DNA from: Candidatus Omnitrophota bacterium | GTDB lineage: Bacteria > Omnitrophota > Gorgyraeia > Zapsychrales > Fredricksoniimonadaceae | Direction of reading: 5' to 3' | Assembly: GCA_037131245.1 (NCBI GenBank) | Contig: JBAXRK010000003.1 | Location: 3,333-67,332 of the forward strand | DNA: 64,000 nt | Part shown: one piece after another, positions 16,439-24,285 of the stretch | How positions within the stretch are numbered: the stretch's first letter is position 1 | Layout of the letters: each line of letters begins with the position of its first letter | The notes under the pieces: generated by a model | What the model saw: only the letters and a program-made list of their open reading frames with translations | The model's database searches: none | What the model was told of the DNA's origin: nothing | Position numbers and translations under genes: made by a program

Positions 16439-17748
16439 AGCGTGTTTTATTCTCCTTAATAGCGGTGTTGGTGTTGTTACTGGCCGGTGCCTGCGCCTGG
16501 CTGTTTTTTACTCCTTGGGGCGCCAAGACCGTGGTGCGGGAACTCGCCCGGCTGAGTTTGGGGGCGCGCACGGTGTCCTGGCAGGCGTTGTCCGGCAGCT
16601 TGATCGGCGGTGTCAAGGTCGATCAGCTGGAAGTACGCGTGATCCCTTTCCTTCCGGAATCAAGTTTCTTGCGGGTCCAGGTTCTGTCGATCCGTTGCGC
16701 GCGACTGTCCCTCGACGGCCTTGACGTGGAGGTCACGAATGCCCGCCTGTTTCATCCCGGGGACGATCCGATCGTGCTTAATGTCAGCTTGAGCGGACGC
16801 TCGGTTTCAGGCAATGTTTATACCAGCGGCCTGGACCTTTCCAGTGTTCGCGATGTCCTGACCAAGTTCCTGGAAGTGCCGCCATTTAAGGGTTCATTGC
16901 GCGATATCGACCTGTTTATCAGCGGGCGGCTGGACCGCCCCGTCGTGACGGGGAAGTTCTTCGTGGAGCGGATCACCCAAAATGACTTTATTCTTCAGGA
17001 TGTGCCTTCGCGGGCCGACCTCCATTTTGCCAGGGGGAACGTCCGTTGGGAAACCTATGGCAAATTGTTCCTCGATGGCGGGTCCCTGCGCAGTTCCTTT
17101 GTTCGCATTGACCTTGATCCGAGCGTGCTGACGTTTACCGGGCGTCCGTCGCGCCCGGAGCTTGATATTCACGCTGTTTCCAAAGTTGCCCGCACGAAGA
17201 TCAATATTTCAGTCCGGGGGACCCGGCAGGACCCCGTGGTGGCGCTTTCATCCGATCCTTCGTATCCCAAGGAACAGCTTCTTCTGATGCTGGCGACAGG
17301 CAAGTCCTGGAACGCGGTGGTTGAAGGGCAGATGGACCGGGCGCGGACATCGCCCGCGTTGACCGCGAATTTTGTGGATTATCTGCTTTTTGGAGGCGAC
17401 CGGCTGAAGTTCATCCGGGCTATCGGATTAAGTGACATTTCTTTCAGCGCCGATGAAAGAAAACAAGGGGTCACTTTCTCAAAAGAGCTCACCCAGCGCC
17501 TGGGGGTGGGATATGGCGTGGAGGTCGGGACCGGTCCTCAAAGCCAGCGGGGGCTTACCCAGCGGCTGGAAGGTGAGTATCAGCTGACGGACCATTTCTT
17601 ATTCGGCGCCCAGAAGGAAATGAAGTCGGTGCGCGAGGCCGGAGCGTCCGCGACGGTAAACCCTCCGGCGAGCGGAGCGGGGATTCCCCTTTCATCAGAC
17701 GATATCCCCGACGACCGGGTGTTCCTGAAATACCGGGCGTCTTTTTAA
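16435..17748 (+). CDS. TamB/DUF490-like envelope protein (short form)
   Basis: Start overlaps upstream stop (GTGA). N-terminal anchor VLFSLIAVLVLLLAGACAWLFF, beta-rich body, and a C-terminal block LGVGYGVEVG...RLEGEYQLTDHFLFGAQKE reminiscent of the TamB C-terminal domain. Family call is tentative. Confidence 0.45.
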   Translation: MKRVLFSLIAVLVLLLAGACAWLFFTPWGAKTVVRELARLSLGARTVSWQALSGSLIGGVKVDQLEVRVIPFLPESSFLRVQVLSIRCARLSLDGLDVEVTNARLFHPGDDPIVLNVSLSGRSVSGNVYTSGLDLSSVRDVLTKFLEVPPFKGSLRDIDLFISGRLDRPVVTGKFFVERITQNDFILQDVPSRADLHFARGNVRWETYGKLFLDGGSLRSSFVRIDLDPSVLTFTGRPSRPELDIHAVSKVARTKINISVRGTRQDPVVALSSDPSYPKEQLLLMLATGKSWNAVVEGQMDRARTSPALTANFVDYLLFGGDRLKFIRAIGLSDISFSADERKQGVTFSKELTQRLGVGYGVEVGTGPQSQRGLTQRLEGEYQLTDHFLFGAQKEMKSVREAGASATVNPPASGAGIPLSSDDIPDDRVFLKYRASF

Positions 17749-17761
17749 GAACGGAGGCATC

Positions 17762-18049
17762 ATGGATTGGCAGCTTGATGAGCTGGATCATTTGAGTGTT
17801 AAGCAGGAGTTGGTGGATGTGCGCACGCCCAAAGAATGCACGCAGGGCATGATACCCGGCGCGGTCAATATTCCGCTTGATGCCCTTTCCGGATCCCTTG
17901 GTAAATTTTCGAAAAATAAGGAATATCTGATATACTGCCACGCGGGTGTCAGAGGCGAGTCTGCTTGCCGGATCCTGGCAAAAGGCGGCATCAAATGCCG
18001 CAACCTGGCCGGCGGGTACCTTAAATTCCTTGAAAACAGGAAAAATTAA
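17762..18049 (+). CDS. single-domain rhodanese-like sulfurtransferase
   Basis: 95 aa. VDVRTPKECTQGMIPGAVNIPL and active-site loop YCHAGVRGESA (CxxGxR). Confidence 0.8.
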   Translation: MDWQLDELDHLSVKQELVDVRTPKECTQGMIPGAVNIPLDALSGSLGKFSKNKEYLIYCHAGVRGESACRILAKGGIKCRNLAGGYLKFLENRKN

Positions 18050-18067
18050 ATATAAACGGAGGGTAAG

Positions 18068-18472
18068 ATGAAGAAAACATGGATGATCGTTCTGGGTGTG
18101 ATGTTGCTGGCTGGCCTAAGTTTCGGCGCGCTTTCTTTTGCCGAGGAAATGAAGGGCAAAGATAAGGCGGTTGAGGAGAAGGGCATCAAGGGGTGCAAGA
18201 CCTGCGGCCACGATATGATGGGCGGGCATATGGCGAAAGAGGACGACGAGATGAAAGTTGTCGCGACCTCCGACGGCGGCATTGTGATCGTTTCCGAAGG
18301 GGCCATTGCCAAGTACGACAAGGACCTGAAGCTGGTGAAGGTGGCGCAGCTTAAGGGTGGCATGGGCGGGATGAATCACGGAATGCCGGCTAAGAAAGGC
18401 CCTGGTTGCCCGATGATGAAGGGCATGATGAAGGACGAGAAAGCGCCCGCGGCTGAGCCGGCTAAGAAATAG
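18068..18472 (+). CDS. secreted Met/His/Gly/Lys-rich small protein
   Basis: SD GGAGGG upstream. Signal peptide MKKTWMIVLGVMLLAGLSFGALSFA. Low-complexity motifs GCKTCGHDMMGGHM and GGMGGMNHGMPAKKGPGCPMMKGMMKDEK. The stop overlaps the GTG start of the next gene. Confidence 0.6.
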   Translation: MKKTWMIVLGVMLLAGLSFGALSFAEEMKGKDKAVEEKGIKGCKTCGHDMMGGHMAKEDDEMKVVATSDGGIVIVSEGAIAKYDKDLKLVKVAQLKGGMGGMNHGMPAKKGPGCPMMKGMMKDEKAPAAEPAKK

Positions 18473-19560
18473 TGAGCGGCATGTTCCGAGCGTCGTTTTT
18501 ATGTTTGATCCTGTTCTTTCTGGTCAGCCCGCCCGCGAGGGGTGAGCCGGTTAAGGTCATGCTGGCCAAGTTGAACACGGACGCCCGCATGTCGGTGCTC
18601 AAGCCCGACCGGGTCGTGGCGACGCTCGGCATCAAGCCGGGGATGTCCATCCTGGATATCGGCGCGGGGACCGGTGTTTTCGCTTTCCGTTTCGCCGCGG
18701 CCCTCAATGGGACGGGCATGGTTTACGCGACCGACAAGAATCCGGAGACGGTTCTTTTTCTTCAGAAAGAAGCTTCGGCCCGCGGTTTGAAGAATGTGTT
18801 ATCCGCGCGGGTCAAGGGGATCGGTTTCGACCCCTTCTACGACCAGCATTTTTATGATCTGGTCATGGTGGGTAACCTTTACGGTCATATCAGCAACCCC
18901 AAGGATTATTTTCATCGACTCCGGGCCCGTCTAAATGACGGCGGCCGGGTCATTATCATCCAGCGGGTCAACCATGAGTTCTTCCTGCCGCATTTTTTGG
19001 TTGCTAAAGATCTTGCCGCCGCCGTTAAAGCCTTGAAGTCCGCCGGAGAAGATCATCCGATCGTCAGAAGGCTCCAGGCAAAGACCAAAAGCTATATTTT
19101 TTCTTCCGGGAGCGGGATCACGGAGGATGAGTTCCGGACGCTATTGTCCGATGATCTTAACGCGATGCTGCCGGATCCACGGCTCTTTGATGAGCTGCAG
19201 TCCCGCTACTTGTCGTTGGGTGAGGATAATCCGAGCACGGCGATCAAGAAGATGAAGACCGGGCAGGATGAGTTCGCCCTTTGGCTGTTGGGCCGCCTGG
19301 ATGACAGCGACGCGTTTGGCAAGGATATTTCGGCCCTTTCCGACGATGATCGTCAGATGCTCAATCGCCTTAACGGCCTTTGCCTCCGGGGTATTCTCGG
19401 CCTGCCCAGGCCTTTCGGCAGCAATCCCGTCGGGTACCTGGCGGAGGAAAAAACGATCACCCGGGTGATGACGAGCGCCGGGTTCGAGCCGGTTGAACGG
19501 GCGCCTTTGCTGGAACATGAACTGCTCCTGGAATTCAGGAAGAAAGCGGATGCTCCATGA
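18472..19560 (+). CDS. MTase-A: signal-peptide class-I SAM-methyltransferase-fold protein (paralog family)
   Basis: Signal-like FLCLILFFLVSPPARG. Motif I ILDIGAGTGVFAFRF, acidic post-I VYATDKN, YDLVMV, GGRVIIIQ. ~150-aa helical insertion with LNRLNGLCLRGILGL. Terminal strands GFEPVE..ELLLEF. Alternative ATG start at 18481. Confidence 0.8.
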   Translation: MSGMFRASFLCLILFFLVSPPARGEPVKVMLAKLNTDARMSVLKPDRVVATLGIKPGMSILDIGAGTGVFAFRFAAALNGTGMVYATDKNPETVLFLQKEASARGLKNVLSARVKGIGFDPFYDQHFYDLVMVGNLYGHISNPKDYFHRLRARLNDGGRVIIIQRVNHEFFLPHFLVAKDLAAAVKALKSAGEDHPIVRRLQAKTKSYIFSSGSGITEDEFRTLLSDDLNAMLPDPRLFDELQSRYLSLGEDNPSTAIKKMKTGQDEFALWLLGRLDDSDAFGKDISALSDDDRQMLNRLNGLCLRGILGLPRPFGSNPVGYLAEEKTITRVMTSAGFEPVERAPLLEHELLLEFRKKADAP

Positions 19561-20633
19561 ACGCAGCCCTTGGTTTTTTATTGATCTTTTTTTGCTGCGC
19601 AGCGGCGTTGCCTTCCCCGGCGAGCGCGGCCTTCTCCCTTAAGATCGCTTTGGCCCAGCAGAATAATGAGGCGCGGCTGGCCATGCTTCAGCCGGACAAG
19701 GTGGTGGCGGCCATGGGCCTGCAGCCCGGGATGTCGGTGCTTGATATCGGGGCGGGAGCCGGGGTGTTTACATTCCGTCTGGCCCGGGCCCTTCAGGGAA
19801 CGGGCACCGTTTACGCCACGGATACTGTTCCTGAATTCGTGGACTATCTCAAGAAGGAGTCTCTGGCTCAAGGCCTGAAAAATGTGGTGGTCGCCAAGGT
19901 TCAGCGTACGGGTCTCGATCCATTCTATTCACGTCAAACCTATGACCTGATCTTATTGAGCGGGTTCTACTACCGTTTTACCGACCCGGGAAGCTATTTC
20001 CGGCAGTTGCGGCCGCTGCTCAAGGACGGCGGAAGGCTGATCATTATCCAGCCGGTCAATGAGGAATTTTTTCTGCCGCAGGCTTTTAAGGACGAAGAGG
20101 TGAACGCGGCGGTCGCGGTTTTGCGCGCGGCCGGGCCTGGTCATCCGGTTTACCGTCGGCTCAGTTCCGTGACAACCGGGCTGATCAAGAGCGACAAAGC
20201 GGCGGCAATGGCTGAGTTCAAGGCGCTGCTGGCGCGGGATCTGGAGGCCATGCTGGCCGATCCTTCTTTCTTTCCTGATATGGCCGCTTTTTATCGCGCG
20301 GTCGATGACCCAAGTCCGGGTGTTGCGCTCAACAAGATGAAGTTGGGGAATAATGAACTGGTACGCTGGCTTCTCGGCCGGCTGGACGACGCGGACGCGT
20401 TCGCCCGGGACGCGGCGTCCCTTTCCGCCGATGAGAAAAAAATGATCAATCGGCTTAACGGCATCCTGATCCGCAACTTCCTGAAATTGGAGAAGCCTTT
20501 TGCCAAGATCAGGGGCCACTATATCGCCGAAAGTCCGAGCATGTTGCGCACCCTGACCCGCGCCGGGTATAAGCCTGTCGAAAGGTCGCCTTTACTGCCA
20601 TACGAATTGATCCTGGAATTCAAGAAAGATTAA
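19557..20633 (+). CDS. MTase-B: signal-peptide class-I SAM-methyltransferase-fold protein (paralog)
   Basis: ATGA overlap with MTase-A. Signal FLLIFFCCAAALPSPASA. VLDIGAGAGVFTFRL, VYATDTV, YDLILL, GGRLIIIQ, LNRLNGILIRNFL, GYKPVE..ELILEF. Confidence 0.8.
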   Translation: MNAALGFLLIFFCCAAALPSPASAAFSLKIALAQQNNEARLAMLQPDKVVAAMGLQPGMSVLDIGAGAGVFTFRLARALQGTGTVYATDTVPEFVDYLKKESLAQGLKNVVVAKVQRTGLDPFYSRQTYDLILLSGFYYRFTDPGSYFRQLRPLLKDGGRLIIIQPVNEEFFLPQAFKDEEVNAAVAVLRAAGPGHPVYRRLSSVTTGLIKSDKAAAMAEFKALLARDLEAMLADPSFFPDMAAFYRAVDDPSPGVALNKMKLGNNELVRWLLGRLDDADAFARDAASLSADEKKMINRLNGILIRNFLKLEKPFAKIRGHYIAESPSMLRTLTRAGYKPVERSPLLPYELILEFKKD

Positions 20634-20660
20634 TTGTTGTCAAAGAATAGTGGAGGAGTA

Positions 20661-21353
20661 ATGAAGAAAAGCTTCTGGTTAGCTGTGTTCTTTCTATTTT
20701 TATGCTCGGTCTCGAATTCATACGCGCAGGACAAAGGCCCGGTCGCGAAAGCGATCAATGGGTTTTCTACCTGGGGCGTTTATGCCTGGGATTCGCGCAG
20801 TTACAATACGTTCAAGCTTTACTACAACGAGCGTTCGCTGCCGTTCGGGTTGACCAGTTGGGGATATATCGCGTTTAGCGGTGACTCCGACCAGCCGCAG
20901 GACCGTTACCGGTTGACCGCTTATCTGGCTGACGTGCGTTTGAGCAAGCCGCTGGCTGATGGCTTCCAGCTCGAGAGCGAATACGGCAGCCAGACGGACA
21001 AGAACGATGTGGGCCGTTTCGGCCTGGGGTATAAATTCACCGTTAAGGATAATTTCGCCTGGCTCCGGTATTTCCCGTCGACACTCGACGGCAGCGGATC
21101 GAAGGCCAGCTTTTCCTGGCGGACCTGGCTGTGGGGGAAGCATTTGTATACCTCCGGGTTCATCCATTATTACATGCCTGATGACTGGGGCTATAGCAGC
21201 CGCAACGTGGACAAGATCGTGGCCGAGCCGCTGATCGGGTATATGCTGACCAAGAACCTGGGGCTCACGGTCGAGTACCGCTATAATGATTTTCAAAAGA
21301 TCGCCCGTCAGAAAAGAGAAGGGATCGCGTATGGTGTCATTTATAAATTTTAA
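20661..21353 (+). CDS. small outer-membrane beta-barrel (porin/channel-like) protein
   Basis: ATG at 20661 preceded by GGAGG (20653-20657). Signal MKKSFWLAVFFLFLCSVSNSYA. Alternating amphipathic strands rich in Y/W/G. C-terminal GIAYGVIYKF with terminal Phe, typical of OMP barrels. Confidence 0.65.
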   Translation: MKKSFWLAVFFLFLCSVSNSYAQDKGPVAKAINGFSTWGVYAWDSRSYNTFKLYYNERSLPFGLTSWGYIAFSGDSDQPQDRYRLTAYLADVRLSKPLADGFQLESEYGSQTDKNDVGRFGLGYKFTVKDNFAWLRYFPSTLDGSGSKASFSWRTWLWGKHLYTSGFIHYYMPDDWGYSSRNVDKIVAEPLIGYMLTKNLGLTVEYRYNDFQKIARQKREGIAYGVIYKF

Positions 21354-23403
21354 GGGTTTAGCGGCCGGGATCCTTGCGCTTCTGGTGGCGGCCACGCCCG
21401 CTTTGGCCCAGGACAAGCCGCTGGAGAAAATGTCGGTCGGGATGCCCCCGGTGTATAACGCTGTCGGGATCTATTACGCCAAGGAACTGGGTTATTTCGA
21501 ACAACAGGGGCTGGATGTTGATGTGCAGATCTTCCGGAACGGTTCGGAGGAGATCGTGCCGATGCTGGCGACCGGAAAATTGGATGCCGCTTCCACCGGC
21601 CTTACCGCGGGCTTGTACAACGCGATCAACGGCGGGGCGGGCATTATTCTTGCCGCCGATTCCGGTCATCATGACAGCCAGAAGTCGGAGCGGCCCATCC
21701 AGATGATCGCGATCAGCAAACAGTTATATACTGGCACGCTGACGAAAGAGATCCTCAAGGGCAAGACCTTCGCTGTTCCGACCCGAGGCAATGCCCAGGA
21801 GATCTTCATTGATCTCTTTTTAAAGGAGTATGGCCTGTCGATCGAGGATGTGAATATTGTCACGGTGCCGTTCAGTGGGATGGTGACGGCGCTCGCCGGC
21901 GGGTCGGTGTTCGGCGCGCCTTTGCTTGAGCCGTACCTGACCATCGCCAAACGGCAGGGCGCGGCAGTAGGCGTTAAAGCCAGCGACGAGTTGTATCCCC
22001 GCCAGCAGGCCGCGGCGCTGATGTTCTCCAAAACGTTCATGATGGGACATCGGGACAGGGCGGTCAAATTCATCACCGCCTATTTGCAGGGGGTCCGGTA
22101 TTACCTCGCCCATCACAGCAGCCCGGCCGACCTGGATTTTCTTTTCAAGGTGACGCAGAAGTATATTCCGCTCAAGGACCGTTCCCTGCTCGATGAGATC
22201 GGCAAGCCGTCGTTATATCCCGACGGACGGCTATACCGCGATAGCATTAAGCGCGATATTCAGTGGTTCGTTGACCACAAATATATCGGGCGGGCGCTGG
22301 CGCTCGATGGCCTGGTGGATGATTCCTTGCTTGATGAGGCGCTTAAGGCGCTTGGCAGCCAGCCGGTGCCGAAGGAGAAGCCGTCCCTGGAGCAAAGGGT
22401 CTCGAATATGAACAATGACCTGCGCCTGGCGGTGTTGCAACCGGATAAAGTTGTCGAGCATTGCGGGTTGAAGCCAGGAATGTCCGTGCTTGATATCGGG
22501 GCCGGTTCAGGGCTGTTCACGTTCCGGTTGGCTGAGGCGCTTAAGGGGGGCGGGATGGTGTACGCGACCGAGGTGAGCGACGAACTGGTGAGGTCCCTTC
22601 AGGAAACGGCCAAAGCCAAAGGACTGGGGAATGTGACAGTGTCCAAAGTCGACCCCGACGGGCTTGATCCTTTCTACGGCCGTCAGGCGTATGACCTGGT
22701 CCTGCTCAGCGGCATGTATTATCATCTGGATGCTCCCCGGGACTATTTCCGGCAGCTTTATCCTTTCGTCAAGGAAAACGGCCGGGTGATCATTATTCAG
22801 CCGACCAATGAAGAGTTTTTCGTTGGCCAGCAGTTCACTTCCCGGGAGATGAAGTTGATGTCCGCCTCCTGCAGCGGAGCGGTCCGGGGGAACCCGGTTT
22901 GCGCCCGGTTGCGTCCGGCGGCGAGAGAATATCTGTCGGGTTGGCAGTCCGGTGAGCCGTCGGCGGAGATCAGGGAGATGCTGGCGGCGGACCTTAATGC
23001 CATGCTCATCGATACGGGTCTCTTTGGCGATCTCAGGAGTTTTTATAAAGCGAAAGGGCTCGGAGATCCGACTTCGTCAGCCGTGGCCCGGATGAGCACC
23101 CGCCAGGATCTTTTTGTGAAATGGCTGGCGGTCCGGCTTGACGAAGATAACGCGTTCGGGCGGGACATCAAGAGCCTTTCCGAAGATGATCAGAAGATGC
23201 TTAATCGCCTCAACGGCCTTTGCCTCAGGGGTGTCTTGAATCTGGACCGGACGCTTGATCCGGTCAAGAATTTCTATCTTTCAGATATCAAAGCGATCAC
23301 GCGCGAGATGACGGCCGCCGGCTATCGCCTGGTCCGCCGCGATCCTTTCTGGACGGCTTATTATTTCCTGGAATTTGCGAAAGACACTTCTTCGGTGACG
23401 TAA
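21331..23403 (+). CDS. MTase-C: fusion of SsuA/NMT1-like ABC solute-binding domain with the paralogous SAM-MTase-fold domain
   Basis: Signal GLAAGILALLVAATPALA. The N-terminal ~350 aa (MSVGMPPVYNAVGIYYAKELGYFEQQGLDVDVQIF..GSEEIVPMLATGKLDAAS) look like the nitrate/sulfonate/taurine SBP family. The C-terminal half aligns with MTase-A/B/E (VLDIGAGSGLFTFRL, VYATEVS, NGRVIIIQ, LNRLNGLCLRGVL). ATG at 21331 is preferred over the tracked 21286. Confidence 0.75.
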   Translation: MVSFINFKGLAAGILALLVAATPALAQDKPLEKMSVGMPPVYNAVGIYYAKELGYFEQQGLDVDVQIFRNGSEEIVPMLATGKLDAASTGLTAGLYNAINGGAGIILAADSGHHDSQKSERPIQMIAISKQLYTGTLTKEILKGKTFAVPTRGNAQEIFIDLFLKEYGLSIEDVNIVTVPFSGMVTALAGGSVFGAPLLEPYLTIAKRQGAAVGVKASDELYPRQQAAALMFSKTFMMGHRDRAVKFITAYLQGVRYYLAHHSSPADLDFLFKVTQKYIPLKDRSLLDEIGKPSLYPDGRLYRDSIKRDIQWFVDHKYIGRALALDGLVDDSLLDEALKALGSQPVPKEKPSLEQRVSNMNNDLRLAVLQPDKVVEHCGLKPGMSVLDIGAGSGLFTFRLAEALKGGGMVYATEVSDELVRSLQETAKAKGLGNVTVSKVDPDGLDPFYGRQAYDLVLLSGMYYHLDAPRDYFRQLYPFVKENGRVIIIQPTNEEFFVGQQFTSREMKLMSASCSGAVRGNPVCARLRPAAREYLSGWQSGEPSAEIREMLAADLNAMLIDTGLFGDLRSFYKAKGLGDPTSSAVARMSTRQDLFVKWLAVRLDEDNAFGRDIKSLSEDDQKMLNRLNGLCLRGVLNLDRTLDPVKNFYLSDIKAITREMTAAGYRLVRRDPFWTAYYFLEFAKDTSSVT

Positions 23404-23406
23404 ACC

Positions 23407-24285
23407 ATGCGATCGCTGCGACAGCTTCTGTGTGCGTGTTCCTTGATCCTTGGCGCCCTTCTTCCTTTATCGACGCTGGCCGGCACATTGCCCAAGGCTG
23501 AGATCCCCGTCCTGCTTGATCATTGCGGCTTGAAACCCGGGATGGCGTTTTTGCGCATTGAAGCTGTGCTTCCGGTTCCCGACCCCGCCAAAGGCCTGTA
23601 CGACATGATCCTGCTTGATGGTATCTACCCGCGCCTGGCCGACCCGCGGTCCTATCTAACCGGGTTGCTCCCGGCGCTGAAGCAGGGTGGACGGATCGTG
23701 ATCATTCAGCCGACGGATGAAGAATATTTCCTGCCGTCATTTATTTCAGATGCCGATCTTCTCTCAGTTCACGAGCTTTTTAAGGGCCCGAAGGGAGAAG
23801 ACCATCCGGTCTTTAAGAGGCTTCGGGCTATTACGCAAGCCTGTGTCCGCCAGGGTGAGGCAAAGGAGTGCCGGATTTTCCTGGCCGAAGATCTTAATGC
23901 GATGCTGGCTGAACCCGGATTTTTCGGCGCTTTGCGGGCTTTTTATTATGTGCCGCGTGAGGAAAATCCGGTCTTTGTTATCGCGAAAATGGGCACCGGC
24001 CAGGACGAGCTGGTCAAGCTCCTGCTCGGACAGCTTGAGGATACGGGGGCCCTTGACAAGGAACCCGGTGTTCTTTCCCGGGAAGAAAAAGATATGGTCA
24101 ACCGGCTCAATGGTGTTTGCATCCGCGCTATCCTTGGATTGAAGAAACCTTTTGCCGAGCTCAGGGAGCGTTATTTAGCCGGTCGTCAGAGCATCATCCG
24201 GGCCGCGACCGGTGCCGGGTACAAGGTTTCAGACGGCGGAGCGGAGCAACCCGGGCATATTATTCTGGAGTTCGTTAAGCCATGA
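23407..24285 (+). CDS. MTase-D: degenerate paralog lacking the SAM-binding loop region
   Basis: Signal LLCACSLILGALLPLSTLAG. Aligns with its paralogs at HCGLKPGM and from YDMILLDGIY onward (GGRIVIIQ, VNRLNGVCIRAILGL, GYKVSD..HIILEF). The ~50-60 aa holding the GxGxG motif I and acidic post-I residue are replaced by AFLRIEAVLPVPDPAKG. Confidence 0.7.
   Translation: MRSLRQLLCACSLILGALLPLSTLAGTLPKAEIPVLLDHCGLKPGMAFLRIEAVLPVPDPAKGLYDMILLDGIYPRLADPRSYLTGLLPALKQGGRIVIIQPTDEEYFLPSFISDADLLSVHELFKGPKGEDHPVFKRLRAITQACVRQGEAKECRIFLAEDLNAMLAEPGFFGALRAFYYVPREENPVFVIAKMGTGQDELVKLLLGQLEDTGALDKEPGVLSREEKDMVNRLNGVCIRAILGLKKPFAELRERYLAGRQSIIRAATGAGYKVSDGGAEQPGHIILEFVKP

Noticed and set aside
20718-21416. 232-aa minus-strand ORF and the 232-aa plus-strand ORF at 25632-26330
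   Set aside because: Antisense to the OM-barrel gene and to the HemN-like gene respectively. No motifs. The sense frames are well supported.
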